DNA of 64,000 nt from Pedobacter sp. (GTDB taxonomy: Bacteria > Bacteroidota > Bacteroidia > Sphingobacteriales > Sphingobacteriaceae). Numbering within the stretch: the first letter of the stretch is position 1; each line of letters opens with the position of its first letter. The position numbers and the translations under genes were made by a program. The notes below the pieces were generated by a model. The model saw only the letters and a program-made list of their open reading frames with translations, did no database searches and was not told the DNA's origin. The DNA lies in the NCBI RefSeq assembly GCF_039594775.1, contig NZ_JBCNMT010000002.1, positions 325,574-389,573 on the forward strand, in the 5' to 3' direction. This document shows positions 62,853 to 64,000 of the stretch, piece by piece.

Positions 62853-64000
62853 TTATTTTATTTCAACTGGTTTAAATTCAATAGGTACAGCATCGGCCAT
62901 TTTTTCGTAGGCCCAAAAACCTTTGTATAAGAAACTTCTTGGATTGGCAATGCTTCCGTTTTTATAAAAGAAAATTGGCGGTTCCATTAAATTGATGAGT
63001 GATACTTGATAGTTTCCCATATCAGGTGATCTGCTGACTTGAAATCCTAAATGACTAAATTCTTCTGTTTCCTTTTCCTTAGTGTACATTACAAAAAGCT
63101 CATCCGTAAAATTGATGTATTTAACATCTTGGTTATATGTTTTAACCAAAGTGTCTGTAAGTATTTGCGCTTTGTTTAACACCGCCATTGATTTGGGTTT
63201 GCTACGCTCTTTTAACCAGAAATTTAATGAATCATCTTTATTGAAGGTCAGTAAGTTAATGGCCCTTGAACCAGTAGAAAGTCTTTTGATATTGGCATTG
63301 ATAACACTATCAGGCAGTCTGTTTTTATTGCCAATAGTCGCTAATTTATGTAATACAAAACCTTCGCTCCCTGATTTGCCTTCGTATAAAGATTGGAAGA
63401 AATGTTGTGAAGAGCCATAATAAGCCGTATTACGTTTTTTGTTCCATCTCTTGATTTTAGATTTTGAACCTTGCATTTCTTCGAAGAAAGGAAATCCCGC
63501 AAAATAAACGATATGAGTTCTGTAGCTATATTCAAAAGCTTGAAGCATATACTTGATTTTGTAGCCCAATGCTTTGTTTTCGATAATGAGAAACTCGTTA
63601 CTTTTCACAGAAAGTAATCTTTGTTGTTTATCATAATCGATGATCAATACTTCGCTATTAAGGATCTTGCAATCTTTGGCATTTGGGGTTCTGCCAATAA
63701 AAAACTCCTTGAACAAGTTAAGGTAAGCTAGTCTATTTGGATCGGGTTTAATTACGACTTCATTTAGCATTACTGGATTGGAAGTCAATAGCACGTCCAT
63801 ATGCACCGATTTGTCAGAAATGATGATGCTTTTTGAATAGGGCATATAGCCAACAACTTGCACCAATACATCATAACTACCTGCAGAAAGTTTGGAAATC
63901 GTAAATTTTCCTTCGGCATTTGTAATGGTAGATATTTTTGTGCCACTTAGGTAAATGGCCGCACCTGGAATGGTTTCCTTTTCGTCTCGTACAGTTCCGC
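62853..64000 (-). CDS. Carboxypeptidase-regulatory-like domain protein; 5' end lies outside the window
   Basis: The M at 63866 in the track is an internal TTG. Hand translation shows the frame stays open to the window end: ...GTVRDEKETIPGAAIYLSGTKISTITNAEGKFTISKLSAGSYDVLVQVVGYMPYSK, a CarboxypepD_reg domain. Confidence 0.7.
   Translation of the reverse strand, partial: GTVRDEKETIPGAAIYLSGTKISTITNAEGKFTISKLSAGSYDVLVQVVGYMPYSKSIIISDKSVHMDVLLTSNPVMLNEVVIKPDPNRLAYLNLFKEFFIGRTPNAKDCKILNSEVLIIDYDKQQRLLSVKSNEFLIIENKALGYKIKYMLQAFEYSYRTHIVYFAGFPFFEEMQGSKSKIKRWNKKRNTAYYGSSQHFFQSLYEGKSGSEGFVLHKLATIGNKNRLPDSVINANIKRLSTGSRAINLLTFNKDDSLNFWLKERSKPKSMAVLNKAQILTDTLVKTYNQDVKYINFTDELFVMYTKEKETEEFSHLGFQVSRSPDMGNYQVSLINLMEPPIFFYKNGSIANPRSFLYKGFWAYEKMADAVPIEFKPVEIK

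Noticed and set aside
1-64000. tRNA, rRNA, tmRNA, riboswitch or prophage content
   Set aside because: Scanning the intergenic regions by eye found no T-loop (GGTTCGAATCC-like) or cloverleaf candidates, no rRNA-like segments, no recognisable riboswitch cores and no phage genes. A tRNAscan/Infernal run is needed for certainty.

Overview
This 64-kb segment looks like chromosomal DNA from a Bacteroidota genome, probably a Pedobacter-like member of the Sphingobacteriia. That placement is an inference from the SusC/SusD pair, TAnnTTTG promoter boxes, many lipoprotein and TAT signals, and roughly 40% G+C judged by eye. All calls come from reading translated motifs and the DNA by hand; no search or folding program was run.

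I can support 51 protein-coding genes. Two are cut by the window edges: 1-1170 is missing from the ORF track, and 62853-64000 is truncated in it. I found no rRNA, tRNA, CRISPR array, transposase, integrase or phage genes.

Main blocks:
- 1-8604, minus strand: a tightly packed sugar-redox cluster. It holds an MFS nucleoside-type permease, a DUF1080 protein, a TAT-exported Gfo/Idh/MocA oxidoreductase, a monoheme cytochrome c, a xylose-isomerase-like TIM barrel, a cytoplasmic Gfo/Idh/MocA oxidoreductase, a GMC flavoprotein and its small TAT subunit.
- 14.2-29.7 kb: a polysaccharide utilization locus (PUL) with SusC, SusD, a LamG lipoprotein, two glucoamylase-like (GH144-type) proteins, a GH3 beta-glucosidase and an esterase. 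Next to it is a membrane-spanning beta-propeller/Y_Y_Y sensor fused directly to a LuxR HTH, with no kinase or receiver domain.
- 31.0-36.0 kb: tandem paralogs of a large CarboxypepD_reg + DUF5686-type protein.
- 36-53 kb: housekeeping genes, many tRNA-related (trhO, pheS, miaA, cca, tsaC, mnmD), plus kbl, dapD and mazG. A small AT-rich ORF with a BamHI/BglII-like nuclease signature sits here with no methyltransferase.
- 53-64 kb: M13 peptidase, His-rich P-type metal ATPase, Uma2 nuclease, clpC, a radical SAM protein.

The intergenic DNA carries at least four families of short repeats: a 33-bp palindrome, CGTCATTTCGA-type MITE-like elements, CTTAGGTG clusters, and GCAAAG/CTAAGAA units upstream of clpC.

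The best candidate for an undescribed system is the redox cluster at 1-8604, read as an oxidative (3-keto) glycoside-processing pathway wired to cytochrome c. Next come the kinase-less propeller-LuxR sensor and the DUF5686 tandem.
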